From: Parasitella parasitica NRRL 2501
Taxonomy: Eukaryota > Fungi > Mucoromycota
Direction of reading: 5' to 3'
NCBI GenBank assembly: GCA_025201805.1
Contig: MU619363.1
Span: 19,895-83,894, forward strand
DNA: 64,000 bases
Below the pieces are notes generated by a model. That model had not been told where the DNA came from. It did not search any database and saw only the letters and a list, made by a program, of their open reading frames with translations. Of the stretch, positions 12,610-23,585 are shown one piece after another. Numbering within the stretch: position 1 is the first letter of the stretch; every line of letters starts with the position of its first letter. A program made the translations under genes and the position numbers.

Positions 12610-15524
12610 TATTGTCAGAGCTATAGAAAGAGAGGTGAAATGAGCACATACCAGGATTGAGATGAACAAAGTGAGTTTGGCGAGTTTGCGAAATAGTAGA
12701 GCCTAGTTGGGTAGGCGTATTTAGTTGGAGCCGTAGAGGTGGCAATGTTCTTGGGCACGGATGCACGGGTAACGCACTTGATCCATTGGTCATTTGATTA
12801 TTAGGCTCAATAGCGGAATCCGTATGCACACGCCGAGTTGGGTGAGGGTATCTAGTTGAGGGAGACGGAGGCGGAGAAGGCGATGGATCTGCAGTATCTG
12901 TATTAGGCAGATATTCAGAGACGGCGTTTGGTGGTGGCGGCGGTGGTGATGGGGGCTCTTGGTGATGGACGGTATGTGGTGGTGGAGAAGCAGTCGTGGC
13001 TAGCGATGTTGCTGCTGTTGAAGCATCCATATGGTTTACACTGCTTGTTTCGGATAAGGAGTCCATATCGATATTTAATAAAGACGACGGGGTTGGTTCT
13101 TTTGGAGTGGGCTCCCTTGGAGTGGGTTCCTTTGGAGATGGTTCCTTTGGGGATGGTTCTTTTGGGGATGGTTCCTTTGGAGATGGTTTCTGTGGAGATG
13201 GTTTCTGTAGAGATGGTTTCTTGAGAGACGGTTCCTTGGGAGACGGTTCCTTGGGAGACAGTTCCTTGAGAGACGGTTCCTTGGAAGACGGTTCCTTGAG
13301 AGACGGTTCCTTGGGAGATGGTTTCTTGGAAGATGGGCCCTTGGGGGTCGGCTCCTTGACAGCTGGACCCGCTGTTGAAAGTTGATTGTCTTCAGTTGGA
13401 GATTCTGCGTCTGACTCGATATCAACAGGGAAAAATACGCTCGTTCTTTTAGGCGGCTGCGATGTTGTTTTTCTAGCCTTGGGTGGCCTTTTAGATGAGG
13501 GTGGTACATGGGGAAGTTTGATTTCTATAGAGGCACTCGAGTTCTGTGAAATGTCCTTTGGAGGATTAAGTATCAATCTTTTGGTTGTGGTTTTTGGCGT
13601 AGAAAGTAAAGTAGGTAGTGATATATGCTTGCTTGATTTGTGCTTTTTTGATTTTTCTTTGGGCGATGAATGCTTTGGGATTCTAAGGTTCAATCTACTG
13701 ATTAGATTGGCTGCAGCCATGGACGTTGATTCATGATCTTCCGCAGGAATGAGAATAGGTGATGGGGTTCCTTTTGACGATGCACCAGATTTACGCAAGG
13801 ACGGGCCTTTGTCTTTGACAGGACAAGTATTCAGCGATGATGGTGCAGATGTTTTGCCTTTGGACACTTTTAGCTTCAGCTTTGTTTTCGGCACTGGCTC
13901 TAAATGGGAGGTTGATTTAGGATAGTCGACCTTGGTGGAATCGAGATCCGCATTGGAAACTACTTTGGATCGAAGTTTGGGAGTCGCGGGAATCTTTTTA
14001 GTGCGCACTGCCAAAGTTTTGGTGGGTGCAGTGCTTGATGATGGCGGTAATGGTAGTGCTGGTAGCGCTGGCGGTGCTGGTAGTGTTGGCGGTGCTGGCG
14101 GTGCTGGCAGCGCTGGCGATGTTGGCGATGTTGGTGATGCTGGCGATGTTGGCGATGTTGGCGATGTCGGTGTTTTTTGGGGAGCCTGTGGAGCTGGTGA
14201 CTTTGGGTTTGATGTTGCTGCTTCACCAGGCGTCAAAGTTAGTTTTGCAAGTATTTCGGGCTCAATGTCTGAGGAAGCTTCTGATGTAGTCGAAGACACT
14301 GGATTCAGCATAGAGTCAGCAAAGTACCGTGCAACTTGGAAATTGCGGATCTTTTTCGGGTCCGTATTATATCTTGTTGAAAGTCTAAAAGTAGTAAACA
14401 CCTTTTTCAAGCAATTGCGATCGATGTCTCGATTGATGATGGACTCCACATTTTGCACTGCAGCCTGCAAAGGCTTGACTTTGATCCATGCCTTTGGGGA
14501 ATAATTAACGCTTTCGCTGAAATCCATTGTTGAATCGTCTACATCGTGCACCTCCTTTACAGGCTCTGCTAACAGAACAGTCGCACGGATCTTGGAAAAC
14601 GTCTCGTTTTTGACATTTATCGGTGTCAACTTGAGGTCATAAATGATCGCCAAAGCTCCGTTTGGGTCGGTGTGTGCTTGTTTGAGAAGGGTCCGGTTCT
14701 TTGCAATGTATAAGCGCGGCAATGGCATCTTTTTCCGAATAGACTCTTCGGTGCTCATGTATTCAAAAAAGTAGGAATTCAATAGCTGAAACACATGCTG
14801 GCTTGTTCCTCCATACATTCTCTTGCTGCTGTGGTCCTGCTCACTGAATATGTGGATTCCATACAACGTACTATGAAATAAGCCATTTGATTAGCTAGCT
14901 TTTACTTTGTTTCCATACTGCTGCATGGTGAACTCTCACCTCTTCCCAGAGGTTTGCGTAGGCTCAGGGCTCGCATTACTTTCATTGTACAGCTCTTCGG
15001 GCAACAATATCCTTCCTATTGAGGATACATCTGTCATCTCCGTCGATAGATAAAGCGGCCTAAGCGTATAGAATAGGACGTGTGAGTGGACGGATGGCTT
15101 GGTGCTATGAAAAAGATGACTTTTTTTTTTACCGTTTTCCTCCTCGAATAAAGAGTATAATTTCGTCGTATCGCTTTTTCAAGGTCAAGGCTTGCTGGTA
15201 TATGGGGTCGACAGAAAGATGAAACCGCATAGCATTCTCCCAAATCAAAAAGAGGTCCTTTGCAAAGTCCTTTACATTTTTATACTTGTTTTTGAACAGC
15301 TTCTCCTCCAGCGTTTTCAAATCCATAGGGTGTTTAATTTTGCTGTGGTAAATGGTTGCGGATGAAGGTACGGGTGCCATGAATTGATGACAATCATACG
15401 TAGAAACGAGCTCGTCGATGATGAACACACATTGACGGAATTGGTCAGGCGAAAGGCTCATCTTTTTGGAGCCTAGTTGTAGCGTCGTTGACTTTTGGCC
15501 TTTAGTATGCTCAGAGTTTGCCAT
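10377..15524 (-). CDS. Bromodomain - long low-complexity linker - pseudokinase fusion (~1,623 aa, 4 exons)
   Basis: Exons 15524-15133, 15059-14940, 14870-12652 and 12517-10377 join in frame (4,872 nt). N-terminal bromodomain [30 protein letters not shown]-terminal kinase fold [27 protein letters not shown]. The last acceptor is AAG and is less certain. Confidence 0.75.
11880..12070 (-). repeat. Coding 9-bp tandem repeat (SSQ/SIQ/PTQ tripeptide)
   Basis: GACTGGCTG / GACTGGATA units on the + strand. Confidence 0.85.
13087..13370 (-). repeat. Coding 15-bp tandem repeat ([15 protein letters not shown] pentapeptide)
   Basis: Repeated GGTTCCTT(T/G)GG(A/G)GA(C/T)-like units on the + strand within exon 3. 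Confidence 0.9.
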
Positions 15525-15725
15525 GTTGTAGTTTTGCAGGACAATAGTATGAACTACACCTTTTTTTTTTTTTTTTCTACCGTATTAAAATGTTGTTCAA
15601 ACTCGTGCAAGTCTCGTCACGAGCAGCAGAGGAACTCCCCCCCCCCCCTCACACCACTCAAAAACACACGCACATACAAATGTTGCACCTGTTTTGAAGT
15701 TCAACAAAAAAGTTGCCAGACCATC

Positions 15726-16680
15726 ATGCTTGAGCTGCTGAGAGAACCTCGCTTACCTACCGCAGCATATCCCATACGAGGATTTGCGCACTTTCTACAC
15801 CATCCCAGGCGCCATGCTGGCCCCATATTTTTGTCCATCATCAAAGTGGTTGCAGCCAGTTCCGTGGTTGTTGTGCCGTTGTATCGCTATGGTTACAGAT
15901 TTCAACATGCATTGCTGGAACAAGCATACAAGGCTCTATTTTCCAATACGCCACAAACAAGCTTGGATTCGTTTTTTGTCCGGACATCTAGTTTTTTGCT
16001 TTGTTTGGTTGAAACATCTGCCATCACTCTACAGATAGGAAACCACTTTATTGGAAGCATACGTGCTCGCCTCTTTGATTCTGTATTAAAAGAACGACAC
16101 GGCCTCCCAGCAATGCAGGACAGTGACAATGATGCTCTGGCACTAATCACAGAGAAAGTTGCAGGGCCTGCTCATACAACCGTGCCCAAGTATCATTTCC
16201 TTTCGCCTTGCAATTTGATGATACTAAGCGCTCAACAGGATGAAGACTGGCCCATCTTTCTGCTTCGATCTGCTCTCTTTGTATTGACGCTACCTCTTAA
16301 CATTGTTCCTGTCGTGGGCCCTATTTGCTTTGTCTCTATTCAAGCCTTGTTCCGGGGAGGCGTAGCTCATAAGCGTTATTTTCAACTGTACAAGTGGACT
16401 CCAGAGCAGCGCCAGCGCAGAATAGAAACCTATTTTTGGCAATACCAGCGGTTCGGTTTGGTCGCAACTGCTCTGGAGATGCTGCCCTTTGCTGGCTACT
16501 TGTTTATGTATACAAATCAAATCGGGTAAGCTTTTATTGAACATATATAGCAAAAGATGTACGCACATTGACGTTGTATCACCCCTTGACAGCGCTGCCC
16601 TTTGGGCAATGGATCTACATGATCGCAAGATGCTCGAGCCGAGTAGCAGCAGTGCCAGCAGCACATTTAAACAAGATTGA
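15726..16680 (+). CDS. EI24-domain (Lds1/Lds2/Rrt8-like) membrane protein; intron 16526-16592
   Basis: YPIRGF, LNIVPVVGP, AHKRYFQL and FGLVATALEMLPF...FMYTNQIG|AALWA motifs. Confidence 0.8.
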
Positions 16681-16937
16681 TGCATTTTGAATATAGTCTC
16701 AACGCAAATGATAACGATGATTTTATGCGTGCCAAACAACAAGTTGTCGCACTCAATTTTTTTTTCTTGATATACATAAAATACATGCTTACATACACTA
16801 AATAGTAATAACGCTGTAGTAATATATATATATATAAGAGTCTTTAATTTGTTTTTCAGACACTCAAGAATAACCTTTTGGCAACCTCCACCTCATCAAT
16901 GAAGGACATTTACTACAGACACATGATATAGCATACG

Positions 16938-18870
16938 CTAATTCCTCTTGTGTTCGATAAAATTCTTGAATCCTGGATTCAGTGTCTGCAACCAAAAATT
17001 GGTAACAGTGTTTGGCCACAGCCCGTAAACCTAAATTTTACATGGCCAAGTTAGGATATCGCATATAAGGAATATTGTTGCAGTAGCGTAGGGGGGGGGG
17101 GGGACTTACGTCGCCGTCTTTATTGAGATACCATGAGCTGCAGCCGCTTTTCCAAACGGTGCCAGTAAACTGCCTCTTTAGCTTTGCTGTGTAAGCATCT
17201 TGCGCGGCTAATTTTGGCTCCAAAGCTGCAAGGTTCTTCTTGATAGCATGCTTCATACAGCGGATAGCATATTGCACTTGACTATTATATATAAGCATGC
17301 ACAAGTAAGTTTTTTTGAATGGAAAATAGAGTCTTTTCTTCCTACCATTCAATAATGGTTACCACAGAGTTATGTCCAAGGCCAACACCAGCACCAAGCA
17401 ATAGGAAGAAATTGGGAAAGCCATGAATGGTGGCGCCCTTGTAAGTATCAGGATAGTGTTTCTCCCACCTGTCTCTCAAAGACAAGTTATCTCTGCCGTA
17501 GACTATTATTGTAAAAGTATGCAAAAAGGTAAATCGAAATGTTCAGAGACTATCTGGGAGCTCCTGGCACGTACTCTCTAAATTGCCCAAGAAACCTTCA
17601 ACATTGAATCCAGTGGCCAGTACCAGAACATCGACTTGTTGAGTGTTCCCTTTGATATCTGTTAGTATATCACCTTGTGCTTCCTTGACAGCTCGAGGAA
17701 CCACAGTAACATTGGGCTTTGCCAATGCCTCGAGATAGTTCTCGGATTTGGCAATGCGCTTACATCCAGGAGGAAAAGTCGGCGTAAGAACGGGGATCAG
17801 ATCCGCGCGACCAGCTCTTTTCAGCCTGAAGGCAGTTAACTTTTCAAAAATTCGGTGCACTGCTCTGCTGATAAGTGTCCCGTGGAATCCAAAGCCTGCA
17901 TAATAAAGCTCATGCTACAAGTACATAGACTCTAGGTGTTAGAGGAGAAGCCGTCTTCACTGCAACCATCAAATATGTTGTATCGTACCTGGAAAAAAAT
18001 TGCGTTGCGAAAGATGCGCATCAGAAAAGGAACGTGCTGAAGCAAGAACTTTGTGATGCCAGAATACGCAAACTGGTCTCTAGGAGCAATCCAGGCTGGT
18101 GTTCTTTGATAGCTGGTGAGATGCTTTGCCACCTTGCGTAATTCAGGAATAGCTTGAATGGCACTTGCCCCACTGCCGACAACAGCAACGTTCTTTTCGG
18201 ATAAATCAATTGAGGAATCCCATAGCGCTGTATGAACAACTTTTCCAGTAAATCCTTTGAATTGCGGCGGAATATTAGGTATGCGCAAAGGGCCCAAGCC
18301 TGCAAATCTACATGTAGTAGTAGAAAGATCTTTAATACGATACCAGACTAGGTATAGGTATTACATACACATAGTTGAAATACTCGGCAACAATAGGCTG
18401 CGGAAGATTCACATCAGCGCTTCTTCTAGATTCGACTTTCCACATCTGCTTTTCTTGGATCCACTGGATGCAGACCACTTCAGTCCTGAATTTTGTTTGC
18501 TCGTATATGCCATGCTTCCGAGCAACCTTCCTGAGGTATTTGTAAATTTCGCTTTGGGGGCTGTAATGATGAGACCAGTCCGGATTCAGTTCAAAGCTGA
18601 ATGAGTATAGGGGACTCGGGATATCACAGGCACATCCAGGATAGGTATTGTCATGCCATGTCCCTCCTACATCAGCGGATATCTCGTACAGTTGGGCTTT
18701 GATACCCAATTGCTTTTTCACTTGAATTGCAGCACATAGGCCGCTAAATCTGATTGATATTTTTATGCCAAAAAGAGTTGTCAGTACACGGAAAGATCCA
18801 TTCCTTTTTTGCCTTTTTATATATTTTACCCTGTTCCAATGACGGCTACTGTCGGTTGAGTTTGATTCAT
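16938..18870 (-). CDS. FAD/NADPH-dependent flavin monooxygenase, Baeyer-Villiger type (multi-exon)
   Basis: VAVIGTG|FSG, GGTWHDNTYPGCACD, BVMO fingerprint FTGKVVHTALWD, GSGASA, GCKR, ATGF and SGCSSWY motifs. Confidence 0.92.
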
Positions 18871-19436
18871 TCAAGAGTGTTATACAGTGTAGTAGACAAG
18901 AAGAAGGAAATCCCAAGAATGAGCGAGAGAGTCTAATTTATACAGCAATTTCTTAAATGGGAGAAAAAAGCTTATGTGCTGTAAATGTAGTAGTACAAAC
19001 GAGCACATTGGACATGAAAAACTTATTCATGAGATTACTCCATATTTGATTGAGAAAAAAAAAAAAAAAAAAAAAAATAGGACATTAGCTCTAATGTTCC
19101 ACTCTGGATTCACAATAGTATTCTTTTGACAAGTAGCACTGATTTCTGTTTGAAAAAGTGCTGTGTAAATGACGTATCGGAATGCCCACATGGACGAATC
19201 AAGAGTGAGGCTTATTTGCAGGTTTTTCCATTTAATTTTATTGCAACCAAATTCGCCTTCCCTTTTTTTCTGCTTTCTTTCCACTACTTTCACGCATAAT
19301 ACTCTTCCTTTACCTTGTGTATATTATCCTGACTTGAACCGTTAACGAAACATACTTTTTTTTTAGTTTATTTTTATTCACGTACATATCACAGATAGCA
19401 TTTAATCCTGAAAACGCACCACAAGAAACAAAGACC

Positions 19437-22400
19437 ATGGAAATTCACAAAGTTCCTGACAAAGCGCCAAGTAACGACCATTGCTTCTCCAGTCAAGTGG
19501 CAGCTATATACACATCAACTTTCCACTACGTCGGCATGGAATTCGTAGATGCGCTGATGCGGGAAATTACTATCCAGACTCAAGCTGACTCTGCCGTATT
19601 CCTGCAACTGCTGTCGCCCGAAGAATACAAAGATATTTCCAGCACATATACCAAAGACGGCAAGAGCAGATTCCATGTCGTTTCTTGCGCAACATCAACC
19701 ACTAGTTCCCCTGAAATTCAACACTCTTCCTGCTCCTCAGGTGATGATCCATCACCATCGTTAAATGTAGGTTCAATATCCGATGTGCTCCAGGATCAGT
19801 TCCTATTGATTAGGTCTTGCTTTTCAAATCAAGCAAGCATGAAATCAAGGTAAAACCCGCACACACACACACAGCACACATGAATGTCATTTGAATTTGA
19901 AACTTGCTAAACCTTCCCCTTAAAAATTAGATTGTCTAATGCAATTATACCTCTTTCGACACTAAGCTCAACATCACCATACATAAAAGCTTTGCTTCAT
20001 GGCAACCAGCTAACATCCATCGTGAGCAGAGACAACGAAGCAATTGAAAGGGGTATTTATCCAGATTACGAGCATTTTGTGGGATACAGATTAGAGTCAG
20101 TACAAAAAGAGGATAGTGTCATTAGGGGCATATTATGTGTTACTGATACGACTATCATGGAAGCTGGAAAATTAAGCATAATACGCAATATATTAGACAC
20201 TGTAAATACGCGATGCATCAACGAATTGAATCAGATACAGAGCCAGGAACAACTGATCAGCGCAAGAGATCTGGCCGTACTGGATGCAGAAAACAAGCTG
20301 AAATTCTTGGCTGATATGAGTCATGAAATAAGGTAATATGCTGTGTGTATTCATGTGCATGTGTGTGTATACTTAAGCTATGCCTGATTAGAACACCCAT
20401 GAATGCTGTCATTGCTTTGACTGATCTATTGTTACAAGAAAGATCTAGTCTGAATGTTGAGCAAATTGAGCATTTAGAAGTGATCCAAACTAGCGGAAGC
20501 CATCTACTTACTGTAAGTTTTGACGTTTTTTTCTATATGTGAAAGCTTTAAAAAAAAAAAAAGCTCGCGCTAAATTAAGAACAACTCAGATTATAAACGA
20601 CATTCTTGATATATCTAAATTAAACCATGACCCAAAATTCAAACTAGAAAGCAGAAGATTTAGCTTGCGAAAATGCTTGAAGGGTAAAAGAAGGCTGCTG
20701 AATGATTCTGTAATAGTTCTAATTAAACAACAAACAGACACATTAAATATGGCTAGACATCAAGCCTCCATGAGTCAGCAAAACAAGGTTGTTTATGTGC
20801 TGGAGTGTCCGCCTGACAAGGATGACAATCTACCACTGCCTCAGCTCATCGCACAGCTTGAAAACAAGGGTGTTCTTTTAAGGCCGTTGCTGCATAAAAA
20901 GGGCAAAACCGTATTGCCGGTAATTTGGAAAATTGACTCAGACGTGCCTGACCATCTACTAGGCGATACCATGCGTCTAACTCAAATCATGCTGAACTTG
21001 TGCTCCAATGCTGTTAAGGTAAGCGCTTTTTTTTTTTCCATGCGGACCCAAACTGGCCAACTGAGCGTATTTTAGTTTACCAAGCAGGGTGGCATTCATA
21101 TCCGCATCAAACGATCTACGCCAACGCCTCTTCGTACGTCGTCATCTCAGAGCAGACACAACGAGAGACGCATGACCTTCAAGGAACGTTATGACGCAAA
21201 AATTGAAACAATGTGGAGCCAGGCACTGCAGGACAGGAGGGAGAGAAGCAACAGTTTGTGCAATCCATCCATGTCGCCTACGTCCTCCTCCACCACGCCA
21301 GGCGGTGGTCTCGTTGCTGGCTCAGAAGACTTGGATGGAGACTATTTTGGCGAAAAAGCGATTCTGGAGATTTCAGTGACGGACACTGGTATCGGAATAC
21401 CTGCAGATCGTTTGCCTAAACTGTTCAAGTCCTTTTCTCAAATTGATATTTCAACAGCTAGGCGCTATGGTGGTACAGGTCTAGGCTTGGCCATCTCAAG
21501 TACACTCGTCAATCGTATGGGCGGGTGTGTTTGGGTCGAGTCAGAAGAAGGCGTCGGATCAAGGTTTGCCTTGACACTGCCAATGACTGTCGCTCCACGA
21601 GGAAGGAATTACAGCAGTGATAGCACTCCCCTTGGCTTTGCTGGCTCGCCTTCGTCACCTGGCTCTACCGTGTCTGACAGTAGTAGTAGCGTCCACTCTG
21701 CTATAGGCTCCAACAATGCGGGGAGTGACATCATATCACCCATTTCTTCTATTTACACTTTTACTACTCCAGTTGTGAATAATAGTCCAAGCAACCCTGG
21801 ATATTTTCCATTGACGGTGGCTGGCACAAGCACGATTTCGCAACAGCAACAGCAACAACAGCAGCAGCAACAGCAGCAACAGCAGCAACAGCAGCAACAG
21901 CAGCAACAGCAGCAACAGCAGCAACAGCAGCAACAGCAAATGTACCGTCCCATGCTCCCAAGGACCACACATCAACAGCTATTTGTCTCGGATGTCTACA
22001 ACGCTCGAACAGAACCTCAGTTAATACCTCAAATTATCCAAGGAAACAGCAACGATTCCTTCTCCCCTATGGCCGAAGATACGCAGACAATGGATCCGTC
22101 TAGTATTGCTACAATGGATTCCCAAAATGCCGAAGATGGGAAAAGAACTCTAGCCAATACGGGCAGCAGCAGCAGCAATAGCACTCAAAATAACCTCACT
22201 GCAAACAGTAATAGTAGAAAACCATACAATGATTTATTATCCCCGGCAAGTCGCAGCGGTCGGGTGGGTATCGCAAAGCAACACTATCATAATCGAAAGC
22301 CACAAACAAAAGAAGAAAATCTTGCGAAATCGCATCCTTTACGAATTCTGCTAGCGGAAGATAACATATGTAAGTACGACGGTGTGTCATAACGCCTTTC

Positions 22401-23110
22401 TCTTTCTCTCTTTCTCTTCATCAACTGATAAATACATGACAGTGAATCAAAAAATTGCCATCAGCATATTGAAACGTTTGGGCTATGTGGATGTGGCTAT
22501 AGCAAATAACGGAAGCGAGGTATTGACGCTGATGAAAACCTCTGTGTTTGATATTATTTTTGTAAGATCTGATTATCAGCCATCTTGCCATCACCCAAGA
22601 TTAACATGTTTTATGGTATTGTAGATGGATCTGTATATGCCTGAAATGGATGGGCTCGAAGTGACTAGAGAAATCATCAAAGAAAGGGCTCGCCAAAAGC
22701 AGGTCGACGCCACCCTGCCTTTAAACGACATACATAATACCAGCGACTCTTGCCCTGGACTGGGTCTTTTAAATACAGTGGACGTCTACATTATTGCATT
22801 AACTGCCTCAGCATCACGTGAAGATCGACAAATTTGTATTGACGCAGGCATGAACGACTTTATCAGTAAGCCATTTACAATGACAGAGATGAAATCAGCT
22901 CTCAAGACGTGTGCCAGTAAGCGAAAGAAGCGAAGAAAGATTGCACAAAAGCAAATGGACCAGGTGTTTACCACAGCGAGTGACGCTGATATCCATCCTG
23001 TTGCGTCTACGTCTGCCGAGACCATCAATGCACCAGACGATCCCATGTTGGATGTTGAAACTGCCTCTCCCTCTTCTTTGACAACCACAACTCCTTTGTA
23101 CCTTGTATAA
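19437..23110 (+). CDS. Hybrid sensor histidine kinase (HisKA-HATPase-receiver) with a poly-Q linker (multi-exon)
   Basis: H-box FLADMSHEIR|TPMNAV, N-box NLCSNAVK|FT, G1 DTGIGI, G2 GGTGLGL. Receiver ILLAEDN, IF|MDLYMPEMDG, IIALTA, FISKP. Confidence 0.95.
21841..21939 (+). repeat. (CAG/CAA)n poly-glutamine tract, ~33 Q
   Basis: CAGCAACAG periodic repeat inside the histidine kinase. Confidence 0.95.
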
Positions 23111-23585
23111 TCCTTTCATTTAGTACTATTGATTTTTTGTTTTTTTTTTNNNNNNNNNNNNNNNNNNNNNNNNNNNNNNNNNNNNNNNNNNNNNNNNNNN
23201 NNNNNNNNNNNNNNNNNNNNNNNNNNNNNNNNNNNNNNNNNNNNNNNNNNNNNNNNNNNGTTTGTATATACAACATATTCGTCTCTTGTACCTTTCATTG
23301 TCATTACATTTTGTTTCATCTTCTTTTTTTTTTTAAAGAAAAAATATATATGCATTGTTTTCTTGATAATGGATTTATCATGTTGAAATAAAAACGAGCT
23401 TTCTATAGGTATATTTGTATGTGTAAATATACACAACCTGCATTATGTGGACAGTGTATTTAATCCTGCTTATAGGGTAGATACTTTGATGAACAAGAAG
23501 CAAATGAAGGCGCATCATTTGCTAGAATGAGCTCTTTGCGAGACGAATGAATAAATGTGTGGAAACAGAATGATGCCAGGGCCAT

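Noticed and set aside
12928-14504. Gly/Asp-rich repeat ORFs on the + strand and a CRISPR-like periodicity
   Set aside because: These are antisense to coding minisatellites; the repeats are contiguous with no unique spacers.
21736-21975. Poly-Leu, poly-Cys and poly-Ala ORFs
   Set aside because: They are antisense frames of the poly-Q tract.
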